From contig JAUCBJ010008009.1 in NCBI GenBank assembly GCA_032718475.1, forward strand, positions 1-64,000: a stretch of 64,000 bases of DNA, given 5' to 3'. This document shows, in pieces, positions 12,641 through 25,702 of the stretch (position 1 is the first letter of the stretch; each line of letters begins with the position of its first letter). The position numbers were made by a program, and so were the translations under genes. The notes under the pieces are model-generated. The model ran no database searches, was not told the DNA's origin, and saw only the letters and a program-made list of their open reading frames with translations. The stretch is from Nemertoderma westbladi. Taxonomy: Eukaryota > Animalia > Xenacoelomorpha.

Positions 12641-14699
12641 ACCGACATGCCATACCTGGACATGCAATCTCGGGACACTTCAAATCCATTTGCCGTAGTT
12701 CCCATCCTAAAAACACATCCACATCCAAAAACGTTCCAACAATTGTCAGCCAAGGAGTAAACCACATTGTAATCGATGCCATTCTGTGTGACCTCAATTA
12801 CATAACTTTTAAACTATTGAGTCCAACCAACCCATCGTTCATGGGACACTACAGGATGTCCTACTGGACAGCAGACATGGTTATCAGCAAGAATGTGTTC
12901 TCGAAATTAGAGGGCTATGAAGCTGACCTCCTCCCTTACAAGAGACCCAAACTCATTGCAGCGAACAAACTCCCACTTCATATACTCGGACAATACCCAA
13001 ATTAAATCTCGTATTCGGGAGAAACAGCACACACGCATCTGGTTGTCTCCCCAGAAGTCAACAGCCTCATACTCTCTAAACAAGTTGCCAAGGACCTTCG
13101 AATTATTCCTGAGAACTTCCCAACTCCAATCACATGCCATGCCGACATCACTTCCATGGCAGCCAGGCAGCTCACTGGCAGTCCCACATAACTTCTCACA
13201 GAATTCACCGACGTATTCGATAAAACAACAGCCCCCCTCCCGACGATGCATAGGCCACCCATGCAGATCGACTTAATGGAAGGAGCTACGCCATTCCACA
13301 GCAATGGTGCCCAACCAATTGTCATGCACATATGGTAAAGGAACTGCTCAACATGATGGAATGACGCAAAATCATATCCCGGGTCAACAAAGCCCATGGA
13401 CTGGGCCCACCCGATGGCAGTAGTCCAACACGCATTGGGTAAACTTTGCATGTATGTAGACCTGCACAACTTAAATAAACAGGTCTGGAGACCAAACTAC
13501 CCAACTCCTAGCCCACGGCTATCGGTAGCCAACATCCCACAATCAGCATGCATATTTTCTGCCTTTGATGCCCCATTGGGATACTGGCAGGTGCCACTCG
13601 ATGAGGAATCGCAACCCCTCACCATATTCACAGCCCCATGGGGTCGATACAAGCACCTACACAGCCCAATGGGTCTCATTTCATCCAGGGACGAATATAA
13701 CCAATGGGGCAACGACGCTCTGGTCACTCTCCCCAACACAGTGAAACTCGTAGATGACATACTCCTCTATGACTCAACCATAGAGGAACATATTGCACAC
13801 TTACATGAATTCCTTAACCACTGTCACACACACAGCATCTGCCTCCACCACAGTAAAACCCAACTCGTCCAGCCCAAGGTTCAGTTTGCAGGATACATAG
13901 TCGGCACCTCAGGAATAAAAGCGGACCCAATGAAACTAGTGCAATCTCTGGTTTCCCACTCCCAGCCAACAACCTCACTGACTTACGCAGCTTTGTTGGA
14001 CTAGCCAAGCAATTGGCGGGTTTCCACGCTGACCTAGCCTCTAAACTCGGCCATTGCATCCTATCTTAAGTTCAAAAAACGCATTTATTTGGATGACAGC
14101 AACTCGATCATTCAAGGATATGTCAGCCAACCTTTTTGCGCTAGATGGAAAGCAATTTATGGCGATGGTCGATCATTACTCTGGGTAGCCAGAAGTCCAC
14201 CAATTTATGTCATATCTCACTGCAGACCATACAATACGTGCCATCCGCAAAATATTTATCCAGTTCGGAATACCAACCTGAATACACCATCATGCATTAT
14301 CCCGCACCCTTCAGGGTACAACACCCTACCACCAAACAATGGTACCATCCAGGCCACAATATCGTATCCAGATGCCATGCGGACAGACACTCGTCCGGAA
14401 TCGAATTGGTTGACACCACAACGAAGTCATTGACAGAAACGCCCATGACAACAATGACGCACCCACACGTCACGTGAACTGGGACACACCCCTCACTGAC
14501 ACACGGGGTGCCCCGAAGAAATATCCACGAAAGGGCGTACGGTGATATGGAGCACCCCATATATAACAATACTACCTGCTACATACTGTACATTTAATAT
14601 CCTTTGCAAGTTGCAACACATTCGCCCTCCAACTGCTTGTCTAGTCTTTCCGCTTCCACCTCACTATTGATGGTAACACTTGTACCGGCACCAGTATCA
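12640..14699 (+). mobile_element. Decayed, internally deleted Ty3/Gypsy LTR retrotransposon (protease, RT and integrase remnants; possible short 3' LTR 14543-14699)
   Basis: WAHPMAVV..YVDL..LNK..GYWQVPLDEESQPLT.F..PWGRY...PMGL...VDDILL; integrase remnant GKQFMAMVDHYSG; candidate LTR bounded by TGATA...TATCA. Confidence 0.85.
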
Positions 14700-15130
14700 G
14701 AGCCAGCTGGTAGCTTGGTAGAGGATGTTCAGTTCACCCCACTCATGTCCAGGTACACTACTGGTAGCTTCCTCCAACTCAACTATAAGTCAATTTAAAC
14801 AATTATTATCCATATCCATAGGCATATTGCTAATGCTTTATAGATATCATGGTACGGTGTGCTACTGATATTTGTTAGATTCAAAAAGGTATTAGTATTG
14901 TGGCTATAAATAAAAAATGAATGACTATAGGCCTAAACCTACCGGTATCGGTACCGTATATGAGCCCGACTCATAATACTTTCAGTTTCTACAGCAGTAT
15001 GATACCGGTACCACTTTTTTCCTGTTTGTGAAGTTGTAGCCTAGGCCTACCGCATTCAGACAGGCTTACTGTCATGCCGCTGCCAATACAGTATAAAACT
15101 GTAGCGGTACAGTTTTCTTTCAGTTTCTCC

Positions 15131-16264
15131 TCTGCACCTGTAGAGGTAAAATCCATATTAAAATTAGGTAATACCGTAATGTGTCGGATTAAAAATAGGT
15201 AAAGATATTAAATATAGGTAAATCCCCTTTCACGCTTCCATGAGTATAAAGTCAACCACACAATGTACACAATTACGCCATATCATTTTGTCAACTCACT
15301 GGTAATGTAAAATATTTAAAAATATAAGCCTACTGTAAGTAAATTATTCCGATTCAGAGTATCCTCTACTGTACTTCAACTTGCTGACTTGGTAAACTAA
15401 AGCGTACCGCGGTAATGTAACTGTATGTATAGATATACTGTAGGCAACTTGTAAGATTTTATCATAAATTAATATAATGGCTGAATGGCTGAGACCTGAG
15501 AGGCAGTTGACATGTCCATTGAAGTTTGCTTCTGAAACCGCATTATTGTATCACAAGATTAGAGACCATGAGGACGTTACATACGTTCCATTTGTTCGAT
15601 AACTTTCATCAAAGCAAACAGCAAGTCGCCAGTCAAACTATTGCATCGAACCTGTTTCATACCAGAAATAAAGAAGTGCAATACACAAGTTGTAGATCAG
15701 TCAGTCAGTTAATCGGCAAACGGGGTATTTAATAATTATATTCATTTTTTGAACAAAATGAAGCCTGAATGAATCACATCTTCACTTTACGACTGATTTT
15801 ATACTACCGGACTGCCAGAACCAACGGATCAATGACGGAACGAAGGCTAAAATTAAGGGCTGTAATCTGGTAATTAATAACAGGGAGAAAACTGAAGCTC
15901 AGAAATAATCCTGGTTGTCTGTCTTTAATCTAGATCCTATTTTATTGTTTTCATATTAATCTAGAAATTTATTATAATAATAATTGAATTAAATGTTTGA
16001 TCTCGTGTATGCACTGATATGCATACGATATCAACAGTTTCTCACGTATATACAGTACGTTTGTGATATAATGTTTTTGTTAGGGTTACAGAGTGTAATA
16101 ATGTACATACTTATTATTGAAATGTGTAGTAAATCGGCAGTGATCCCAACATTTACCTATTTTTAATCTCCCTTTCAAACACTTACCCATTTTTAATCTG
16201 TCAATCTGTCAAATTTACCTGTTTTTAATAGGCCCTACGGAATTTACCCTTTCTACTCTGCACA
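15131..16264. mobile_element. Degenerate inverted-repeat element
   Basis: Subterminal ATTAAAAATAGGTAAA motifs at 15160-15225 are mirrored by TTTACCTATTTTTAAT motifs at 16150-16250. Confidence 0.5.
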
Positions 16265-17507
16265 GTACAGTCCATGCCCATTGTCCGGTACCGGTATCGC
16301 CTTTCAATTTGTCCTCTTATTTGGAGATTGGAGGCACTCCTCGATCCTTACAGCCTTATCTTAGTTAATTCCCGCAAATGCGGGTAATACGTAACCAGTT
16401 AGGTATTTCCCGCTTAGCTGGGTTGAATGAGGAATTACTATTGGTAATTCTGTTTTATTATTCTTGTTTTATTATACTGTATAGGCGATCAATTTTGTTT
16501 CCTAGAAATTGTCTATTTATTTATCTATTTATCTAAATTAGACAATTTATCCTAGACCTATTCTATGTTGCTCTATGGAATTGGCAAAGCTACAACTCTT
16601 TTACTGTTATATTTACAGGCTGACATGATAAGAAAACGCCCTGCTGCTGCTGCTGGTTGATTTCTTTCAGTCTTTATATAACAGTATAATAATTATAAAT
16701 AGCTTTTCCTTCCTTTCCTTCTCCATCACAGCATCACTGCTCGTCAGTAGTCTGGTAGTACACCTACACCTGTCTGCCTGTACACAGTAGCCTACAGCTG
16801 TACAGCTTAGTCTGGCAGTAGTTCAGAACCGGTTGGCCTAGTTCACTTCACACTTCAGACTGATCTGATACGGTACAGGTATACCCCTATACTATACCTG
16901 TATTGCTTACTGCTGTAAGGAATATTGACAAAAAGCGCGTCACATGGCTGCACGGGTTCTGGTAAAACGAAAAGCGCGCCAGCCATGACATTCAATGCGC
17001 GCCAACTACTGAACTATTGACCATTCAATTCACCAATACATTTTGCAATTATTAGGTACGGTAAATTTTGCAATTATTAGGTACGGTACTGTCTGACTGT
17101 CAGACTGTATTATATTGTAATAAATTTATCCAGTTATCAGTTTATACTGCAGCAGACCTACAGTATTAAAATATTAAAAGGCGAGCATAGCTGCATAGCG
17201 AGCAAAGAAATTTTGCAGAAATATTAAGATCAATACAGTATTAGTCAGATACGGTAGTAGGTCAACCGACTGTTTTTAAATTCAGACGTGATTAAATTGC
17301 GAGCGTAGGGAGCGAGGAAATTTTAACATTTATAGTAGCAGGCAAGCAACTGTTTTTAAATAGGCCTACAGAATGTGATTATGGATTAAATTAAGAGCGT
17401 AGGTTGGTAGGAGCGACTGAGCGAGCATGAGAATGTGGTTTTTATATTGGTTTGAACAATTGACAGATTGAAACAACTGATGTAGGTTAATAAACCAGTA
17501 AACAGAC

Positions 17508-18604
17508 GGGTCCTACGAATTACTCAAAAAAAAACACAAAAAAAACACGAAAAAACACAAAAAAATACAAAAAATTACACACAAAAACACAAAAAAACAC
17601 AATATTACCCAAAAAAACTACCCAAAAAGACAAAAGAAAAATGTTTTTCATAAACAATGTATCTACAATAAGATTTAGGTTAATAGTAAGAAGAGTTTCA
17701 CTTTTCAGTTTTCACTTTTTTCAAAATATTACATTTTGTTCATTTGAAGATTCCTTTAATGACCTACTGCCACCGGTTTACCGGTAAGCCTACCCACCCA
17801 GACTGCCAGACAGCATACAAAATCAGATTTCTTAATTAATGGAAAGGAGCGGAGCAGGTTACAGTAGCAGGCTTTTCTAACCAAAACAATAAACGATAAA
17901 CAAAGAACACAGGTTACAGTCTTATTTTTCCAACCCTATAGGCCTACTGCTATAGGATACATGACCGAACGTAATCAGGATCGAATGTAACATAGTTTTT
18001 ACGAATCCAACGTAACCTCAATTATGTTACATTGGATCCTATAACTATGTTACATTCGATCTACAAATTACTAAGCTCGAATGTAACATTGCCATTTACA
18101 GATTTAAAGGAGCAGGTTACAGAGGCGTGCTGGGGGAACCAAAACAATAAACGAAAGTTAACACATGTTACAAGAATATGCAGGTTTTATTAATTCAGTA
18201 ATTGGGTCTTTGTTTTGTACTCACCAACACCAAAATGTTTCTTCCTGTAAATAAACGAAGTATTTCATCGGTTAACTCCTGAATTCAAAACACAACTAAA
18301 ATAAATGTATGTTACATTCGGTCTTAGTAATTTGTAGATCGAATGTAACATAGTTATAGCAGGATCCAATGTAACATAATTGTCAATTGAGGTTACGTTC
18401 GATTCGTAAAAACTATGTTACATTCGATCCTGATTACGTTCAGTCTGGCACCCACTGCTATACTGTATACCGGTACCCCTGCTATAGGATATAAATTATT
18501 TTTGTCTTTTTGGGTAAGTTTTTTGGTTAATATTGTGTTTTTTTGTGTTTTATTGTGTTTTTTTGGGTAAATTTTTGTGGTTTTTTTGGGTAATTCGTAG
18601 GACC
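17508..18604. mobile_element. Mutator-like non-autonomous foldback element (outer)
   Basis: ~130-bp TIRs starting GGTCCTACGAATTAC; flanking direct repeat GTAAACAGAC at 17498-17507 and 18605-18614. Confidence 0.85.
17955..18453. mobile_element. Mutator-like MITE nested in the previous element
   Basis: ~135-bp TIRs (GAACGTAATCAGGATCGAATGTAACAT...); 9-bp TSD ACTGCTATA at 17946-17954 and 18454-18462. Confidence 0.85.
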
Positions 18605-18800
18605 GTAAACAGACAGACAGATACCAGATACAGATACAGTAGCCTAATACTGTAATAGAGATATTGAAATAATGGTTATGAGTAGGATATGATAATAAAC
18701 GCGAGCAAAGCGAGCGAAAATTTTTAACTCTTTTTAAACATACTGATATAATTTCAAGTAGAGTGGATATGTCAGTATGTTGCCAGTGCATTGCTACTGT

Positions 18801-20399
18801 CAGTCTGGTTCCTGGCTTAACTTGACATTATGTCAAATTTGACATTTTGCTTTTCAAATTTGACATTTCATGCTAAATTTGACATGGAAAAAGAGAAAAA
18901 GTGCTTTGGGAGTTCAATTATTTAATTGGGCATCTGAATTTTTATATGTAGACATTAATTTGCCATTTGAACATTTTCACCAGGGGTAATTGAATGAAAT
19001 TCACCAAGAATTTTTTGAAATAATTACGTTTTAAATTCTACAAGATTCAAATTTGACATGACATTCCAAATTTGACATTTAATATTATACCAGTACCTAG
19101 TATAAATATATAAGACGATTTGATGTTTAAGGTTTATTATTAAATCTGTTTAATTGATCCAACATCAATTTTAATTATTATACCTTGATATTTTAAACTG
19201 GACAACTGATGACTGATGAAAAATGGGATATTTAATTACGGATTCCTTCTGGAAAGGAGCAGGTTACAAAGGCACATTATTTTAACCAAAACAATATACT
19301 AAACACAATAGAACAGCTCACAGTTTAATTTTTGAGAGTAATCAACTGTTAATTCTGTCCAATTTCCCCTGGAGAGGGATGCAATTTTATTGCGTCCAGT
19401 CCCCCCCCCCCCCCCCTTAAATAACAGTTTAATAACTGTAACTAACAATAACAAAATATAACAATAATAGTAACCTAATTTAACTTGATAAATAACAGTT
19501 CAGTTCACCATTCTTAGCTTACCGTAGTTTAATTATATATGGCATTATTATTTCGAATGGAAGGGGGGGGGGGGGGGGGGGGGGGTGAGGGGTCAATTAA
19601 TCAATTATATAAATTTTATATTGCGGCGAGACAGAGCCAAACATAGGTTAAGGTTGAAAGCTGGTTGCATAGAAATCATGGAAATGACATTTAATAACTA
19701 ACCCGCAATCTTTAATCTCAATCTTTAACATTAGCCTAAACAAGAATCTGTAAATTATTTAAAGATCCCAAATCATTGTTATATTATATCTAAAGCAATT
19801 TCTGAACTCAATATCAATACAATTCAGAACAGACTATTCATCAGTTTCAGGCTCCTCTTCTATGGTACCTACCTACCTATTGCTCATATCTTGTTGGATT
19901 TGGAATTACAAATCGACTAGTTCTTGTTTTTTCTTGGACAATTTAAGGAGTTCTGAGTATTCTACGAAATCAGACTGCCAATTAGACAAAATATCTATCA
20001 ATTTTTCTCGCAGTTGCTCCGCAGTTAATTTTGCAATTGCTTCTGTTTTTACCCGGTCGCTACACATGGGATAGGCAGGCATATGTAGCATTTCCATCGA
20101 ACTCGATTTGCTCACAGGGGGATTGCTCGTACACGTACATTGCCTGATTATATTTTTACTGAATACAACTAAAGAAAGTAGGGCCTACTATCTGACTATT
20201 AACTATTTGTTTAACTATTAAGTCAGTAAGGTAAGTACTATCAACTACCAACTACCCGTATTTGCCATGACATCTGTCTTTTAACTATGCCTATAGATAG
20301 AATTTAAACAACGAAATGGCAATTTTGACATTAGTGACAAATTTGACATGCCACATGTCAAATTTGACATAATGTCAAATTAAGCCGGGAACCAGACTG
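18801..20399. mobile_element. Non-autonomous DNA transposon, superfamily unassigned
   Basis: TIR CAGTCTGGTTCCYGGCTTAAYTTGACATTATGTCAAATTTGACAT; 5-bp flanking repeat ACTGT at 18796-18800 and 20400-20404; subterminal AAATTTGACAT arrays. Confidence 0.85.
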
Positions 20400-21000
20400 A
20401 CTGTTACATGACATCCATCTGTCCATATGCGCGCCAGGATCCTCAATGCGCGCCACACGACCCTCTTGCTCCGCGCCGCGCCAGGTGCCAGGATCCTTAA
20501 TGCGCGCCACACATGTCTGCATGTTGAGCAAACTCTACATAAATTCCAACCTGGCAGTCTGGGGTATACCCGTTTCCGGACCCATACTGCCATACCCAGA
20601 TAGCATGTGCTGTGCAGTTCTGCTGTTGTGCACATCCAGACTGCCAGATGTCTATCAGTCAGTCGGTAATCGGTGTTGAACTACCGCTATCCTGCTTTCT
20701 GCTCTACCAGCAGACCAGTTGTGACTGTTGACTGTACCTGAACCTGAACTGAACAGCTGAATTAAGGCTGTATGGTAGGTGGTACGCTTATCCAGTTATC
20801 TGCCTATATGCTGATCGGTACCTTACCTACTGACCTACTCTCTCTCACTGCACATTGTAGGCCTACTGTCAGACTGTATTTTAACTTTTTTAGTAAACTG
20901 CTGAACTGCCTTGCTTTGTTCCTTAACAATTCTGAAGTTTTTACTTTTTTAATTCAAATTCTAAATACGGTAATTAGGATATCCTACATAATTCAGAATT

Positions 21001-21051
21001 ATGGCAGAACGACCCAAGGGATATGGTTTAACAGCAGAAACTAATGCCAAG
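21001..21051 (+). CDS. Myophilin/transgelin/MP20-like calponin-family protein, coding exon 1
   Basis: MAERPKGYGLTAETNAK is the typical family N-terminus; donor AG|GTAAGA at 21052. Confidence 0.92.
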
Positions 21052-21259
21052 GTAAGAGATTGGCTGTCTGGAGTCAGCAGGTCAGAAAGTTACCGGTAAG
21101 TAGATTATGCCAGTATGCCACAGGCATAAGCTGATAAGTAAGCCGAAGTGGTAGTACCAGTACTGTCAACTGCCTTCGCTTAAGGCGTAGAAAAAGACAA
21201 GTTGAAAAGAAATAAAAGGCCGTAATTGTTTTAATTTTACAGTTTAATATGTTTTGTAG

Positions 21260-21604
21260 ATCGCAGCTAAATATGACTCTAATTTGGAACGCGAGGCTGT
21301 TAGCTGGATGGAGGCGGTGGTGGGCGAGCGGCTAAATCGATCTGAGGCGGGCCCCGATGCCCTCAAAGAGGCCTTGAAAGACGGCCAGTTCTTATGTAAG
21401 CTAGCTAATAAACTCCAACCGGGTGCCGTAAAGAAGATAAATACATCGAAAATGGCCTTCAAACAGATGGAAAATATTAATTTCTTTTTGGATTTTATTT
21501 CCTCCTATGGAGTTGCTAAAGGGGATCAATTCCAAACTGTCGATTTGTACGAGGGTAATAATATGGGTCAAGTTGTCATCACTATCCATGGGGTTGGACG
21601 GCTT
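21260..21604 (+). CDS. Myophilin/transgelin-like, coding exon 2 (calponin-homology domain)
   Basis: Acceptor ttttgTAG; IAAKYD...LKDGQFLCKLANKLQPG...FKQMENINFFL...FQTVDLYEG; donor GTAAGT at 21605; 345 nt, phase 0/0. Confidence 0.95.
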
Positions 21605-22626
21605 GTAAGTTAATTGTTATTTTAACTTTAATTATATATATTTTTGTATATAATAGCGCTACTTCATTTCGGTATAAGTTCATATAAAAGTTAAAAAGTT
21701 ATATCCATCGAGCATATTTCAGACTATGAATATATATATGACTGCCTGTCTAGACTTCTGGCTCTGATGCTGAGGCCACTACTGGTCATTCAATGAGATG
21801 TTGATACTGTTCTGCTGTTATTGTATTATTCGTACAGCATTGGCTTATAGTAATAAAAACACAATACTGGCTTATGACAAAAATAACACCTTCAAATTAA
21901 ATAGTTATATTGCCAACAATATTCGTCAGATATATTCCTAGAGACTATGCATCAATTTAGTCTTCAAGTATAATATTCATTCATCATGTCAAGGTCTAGC
22001 GTACTACGGTAATGGTGAATTTGTAATTTTTAGACTAATCACTAAGACTTTAAACGTCTAGTCTAATTTGTACTAGTGACTGAGTTCCATCTTTTCTTAC
22101 CATGTGAGATATAAATTGTGTGGTACTTGGGCCGATGGAGGAGTCACGTGATTGTGTTACTTTCTAATGATTCTAAGATCTAGTTTTTAAGTTAAACATG
22201 TAGTATCAATGTTTTTGGACATCCTTAGCTGTTAGTGTACCGGTACCGGTAATGTAATAAATCAGTTGTTTTTGTTATGAATTGTTTTAGTGTTCAAACC
22301 TAGTATGAAATGTTTACAGCAAGTGTGTTCAGTAGCAAGTGTTACAGTAGGTGCTGAAGTGTGTTCAACACGTACACTACACACGGTCAACATTTAAGTG
22401 ATTGTTGACACATTCAACACTCGCTCAAGGTCAACTCAACTTTCAAAGTGAGTGTGGAAAATACTCGACTGCTAACTCAGTTTCTGCTTACTTTAACTTT
22501 GTACTTTAACTTACTTTAATTTGTAAGAAGCCAATCAGTAATTGATGATTGAGTATTTCCATTAAACATTGAAATATATTAATTAACTATATAAAAATTA
22601 CATTAATTTCACGCTAACACAATCAG

Positions 22627-22950
22627 GCCAAGAAAAAGTTCGATGGACCAAAATTTGGTTGTCGACCGATTGTTTCGGATAAACCCGAAGCTGACATGTT
22701 GATGACAACGGAACCGGAACCGGAAATGTTAATAAATACGGAACCGGAAGCCCTGACTAATACTGAACCGGAACCGGAAATAAATATGGAGCCGGAAACT
22801 GCTTTTGACGATGATGTTGAAGCAGTTGTGGAATCCGAGGACCCAGTTGAAGAGGAAGGCGGCGAAGGTTTACCTGATGAGAATGAGAAAGGGGTGGATG
22901 AATACATAGAGGAAGCTGAAGTAGATGATGGCGGGAGCGATCAGCAATAA
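22627..22950 (+). CDS. Putative alternative last exon (acidic, EPEPE-repeat tail) of the myophilin-like gene
   Basis: Branch-like CTAAC then CAG at 22624-22626; phase-0 in-frame AKKKFDGPKFG... parallels AQKHRFRGPTLG of the canonical last exon; 107 codons open. Confidence 0.7.
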   Translation, partial: AKKKFDGPKFGCRPIVSDKPEADMLMTTEPEPEMLINTEPEALTNTEPEPEINMEPETAFDDDVEAVVESEDPVEEEGGEGLPDENEKGVDEYIEEAEVDDGGSDQQ

Positions 22951-25181
22951 TGAATGTCAGCTCTATACCCGTCCGATTGTATTGTAACCTTTTTCACGAT
23001 AGATATTTCTTAGAACTGGTTTATTCAATCGGTTGTGGAAGTGGATTCGTTGGACATCGCAGCTCTCAGTCAATCTGAATTGTTGCCTGTTTAAATTAAA
23101 TTTTCCTAATTTATTTCCCTCCTTAATTTATTTCCCTTTATTAGTTTGCCTTGAGTTGTTAATCGTTACTTTCCCGTTTACATGGCCACAAACGTTTCTA
23201 GCTTGCAATTAATGTATAAATTTTCAGCTACAAATCAAGAGGTTGTGTCAGGCTTTCTGTAATATAACTATCAAGGCTTATAGTCTAGCACTTTATAAGA
23301 TTATAGTGTCTACCGTTGCACCGGTACAGTTGCCAGATAGTCAGTAAAAGGAAAGTAAGTGTTGATTGGTCTGTACCTGGTGTATCGATAACGTACCTAA
23401 CTCAATCATGCTGTGTCCTACAATTTTAAATAATAATACCGGATAAAGTACCGGTACCACTTTAAGAGTAAAATTACCTCTTACGTGATAAAAAACGTAG
23501 AACATTTTTTTTCAATATCATCTCGATCCTTTATTAACCTAGCTGAGTTAAATAAAATACGGTACCTCGAGAATAGTGAGAAAAACTTCTGCTTTAAACT
23601 TTTTCCAAATTCCAAGTAATAAATAATTATTTTGATATATTCTTTAACATATCAGCCATGGAGATTTATTGATATGTTTTTTTTGACTATATAGTTTTTT
23701 GCAAGCGGTGTAACGCGTGTAAATGTAACCCCCTCAATGTGGCATGTTGTTGATGTTAACTTAATTAAATCGTTGTTTACTATATAATGGCGTCAGCTCC
23801 CAGTTTATCTCATACAAGAAGTACAGTGGATAATCCATGGATTGTGACTGGAAGGGTTGTTGAGTTGTAGGTTCGAATCCCAGTCAATTAAGTGGAATGT
23901 TATAATAATTGCTTTATTTATTTATTAGTTATGGCGCCCCACGCCATTTGGCAATGCGAAATGAATTCCACACAAATACATCTAATATATTTTAAACAAC
24001 GATATTTTGTTTTGAGCGTGACAACTTGCCTTAAGCACGCATGTTCATTATTTACACTAGTTATCCTCTTGTATGTAAGTGTATGTAGCAGTAGCTAGCT
24101 TGGATTGTATATTAACTCACATTTCCTAAATGTTTAGACGCACGACTCGCCCTTCACAGCGTGGGATTGCTTTAGGTACAGTTTAAATCATTTCGCTTTT
24201 CGTCACCGGTAACTTTGATCCTAGGCTCTAGGCCAAGCAACATATCCATCTACTTCTTAAAATCACAACTTATATACATTTTTCAACCTGCCTAGTATTA
24301 ATATATTTCAATATACTGAATTGTTATTCCTTCACACAAAACAATCACTCCTAATGTGTTGACCCGTTAGGCTAGGGTACATTTGCTGTCATCTCGTGAT
24401 ATCGGATCGATTTTCGCATTCCCTCAGTGACTAGACTTGAATGACTATTTCCATTGCTGTAACAGTGCTTGGATTCCTTTTGATAATGATTTTGTGATTG
24501 TTAATTACTTTACTGTTAGCACTGTACTACTTAGTGTACTTAGCTGTAAAATTGCCTGTTGTTGTTGTAACTTATAGATGTTTAGTTGACTGATTTTCGC
24601 CTTTCCTTTCCTACAGTTTGCAACTCACTATACAATCATTAGTTACTTATGAAGTTTTACAATTCTGTTTTACTTTGGAATTTACAAAATACCATTTAAT
24701 AATTTTTATGTTCTATAATGACGTAGAGTAGTCGCAGGTTTTGTTGATAGGATAGTTAATAACGTATATAGTTCTTATCCTCGCTACACAGGGGATAATT
24801 TTGTATCGAGTCTTTTTATCAAAACAATAATAATTAATTTGCTAATAAACGTATTTAATATACAAGCAGTGTCACATATATATCTTCTGTATTTTGATAA
24901 ATGACCCAACGTTAAAAATATTATGATTGGTTATTGGGGGGGGGGGGGGGGGGGGGGGGGGTGGATCTTATAAAGCAAGCAATGCTATTTATTATACAGA
25001 ATAATGCCATTTCAATGTTCGATTTTCTATAAATTCAATGGTATAGCAATGAATGCAGCGATATATTCTCTCCCCCTCTAGCCCAAACTGCCCAAGAAGA
25101 GATAAAAAATAGTAAATATAATTACCTTTACCTCCTGCTTTATACAGTTTTTCTTAATATGTGATTTGGTTGTGTGTAGTG

Positions 25182-25399
25182 GGGTCAGAGTAAAACGCGG
25201 ATCCGGATTCTACATTTAACATTGTCCCTACAGAAGTCGATTTTTTTTTTACATTTTTATAACTCTCAAAAATAAAACTATAACCTGTTCTATTCACTTT
25301 AGTTTATTGTTTTGGTTAAAATAACGTGCCACTGTAACCTGCTCCTTTCCCATAATTGATAATTTTGGCGGGATCCGGATCCGCGTTTTACACCTACCC
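25182..25399. mobile_element. Mutator-like MITE in myophilin intron
   Basis: TIR GGGT..G.GTAAAACGCGGATCCGGAT; 9-bp TSD TGTGTAGTG at 25173-25181 and 25400-25408. Confidence 0.85.
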
Positions 25400-25702
25400 T
25401 GTGTAGTGTAGAGTATTGGACTTGGTAATTTTCTAAATTATTCTGCAACAAACTAAACAATTGTAAATTATTGTATTTCGATGCAATGCATTTTATTATA
25501 ATGGAAGTGCTCCTTTGTGTCTCCAAGTCGAGTTTGGTGGGATTTATTTTTTATTTGAAAGTTATAGTTGCTTAATTATTTTCTTATCGCTAGATATTAA
25601 CATACTTTACTGCTGTACTGGAAGTTGCAAGTAAATACAATTTCATACAGGTCTCACACTTAGCATTCAAACAGCTTGTAATCCATTTACGGTTTGTTAC
25701 AG

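Noticed and set aside
14692-14705. tRNA-Met primer-binding-site-like GTATCAGAGCC
   Set aside because: Lacks the initial TGG and lies at the 3' end of the Gypsy remnant.
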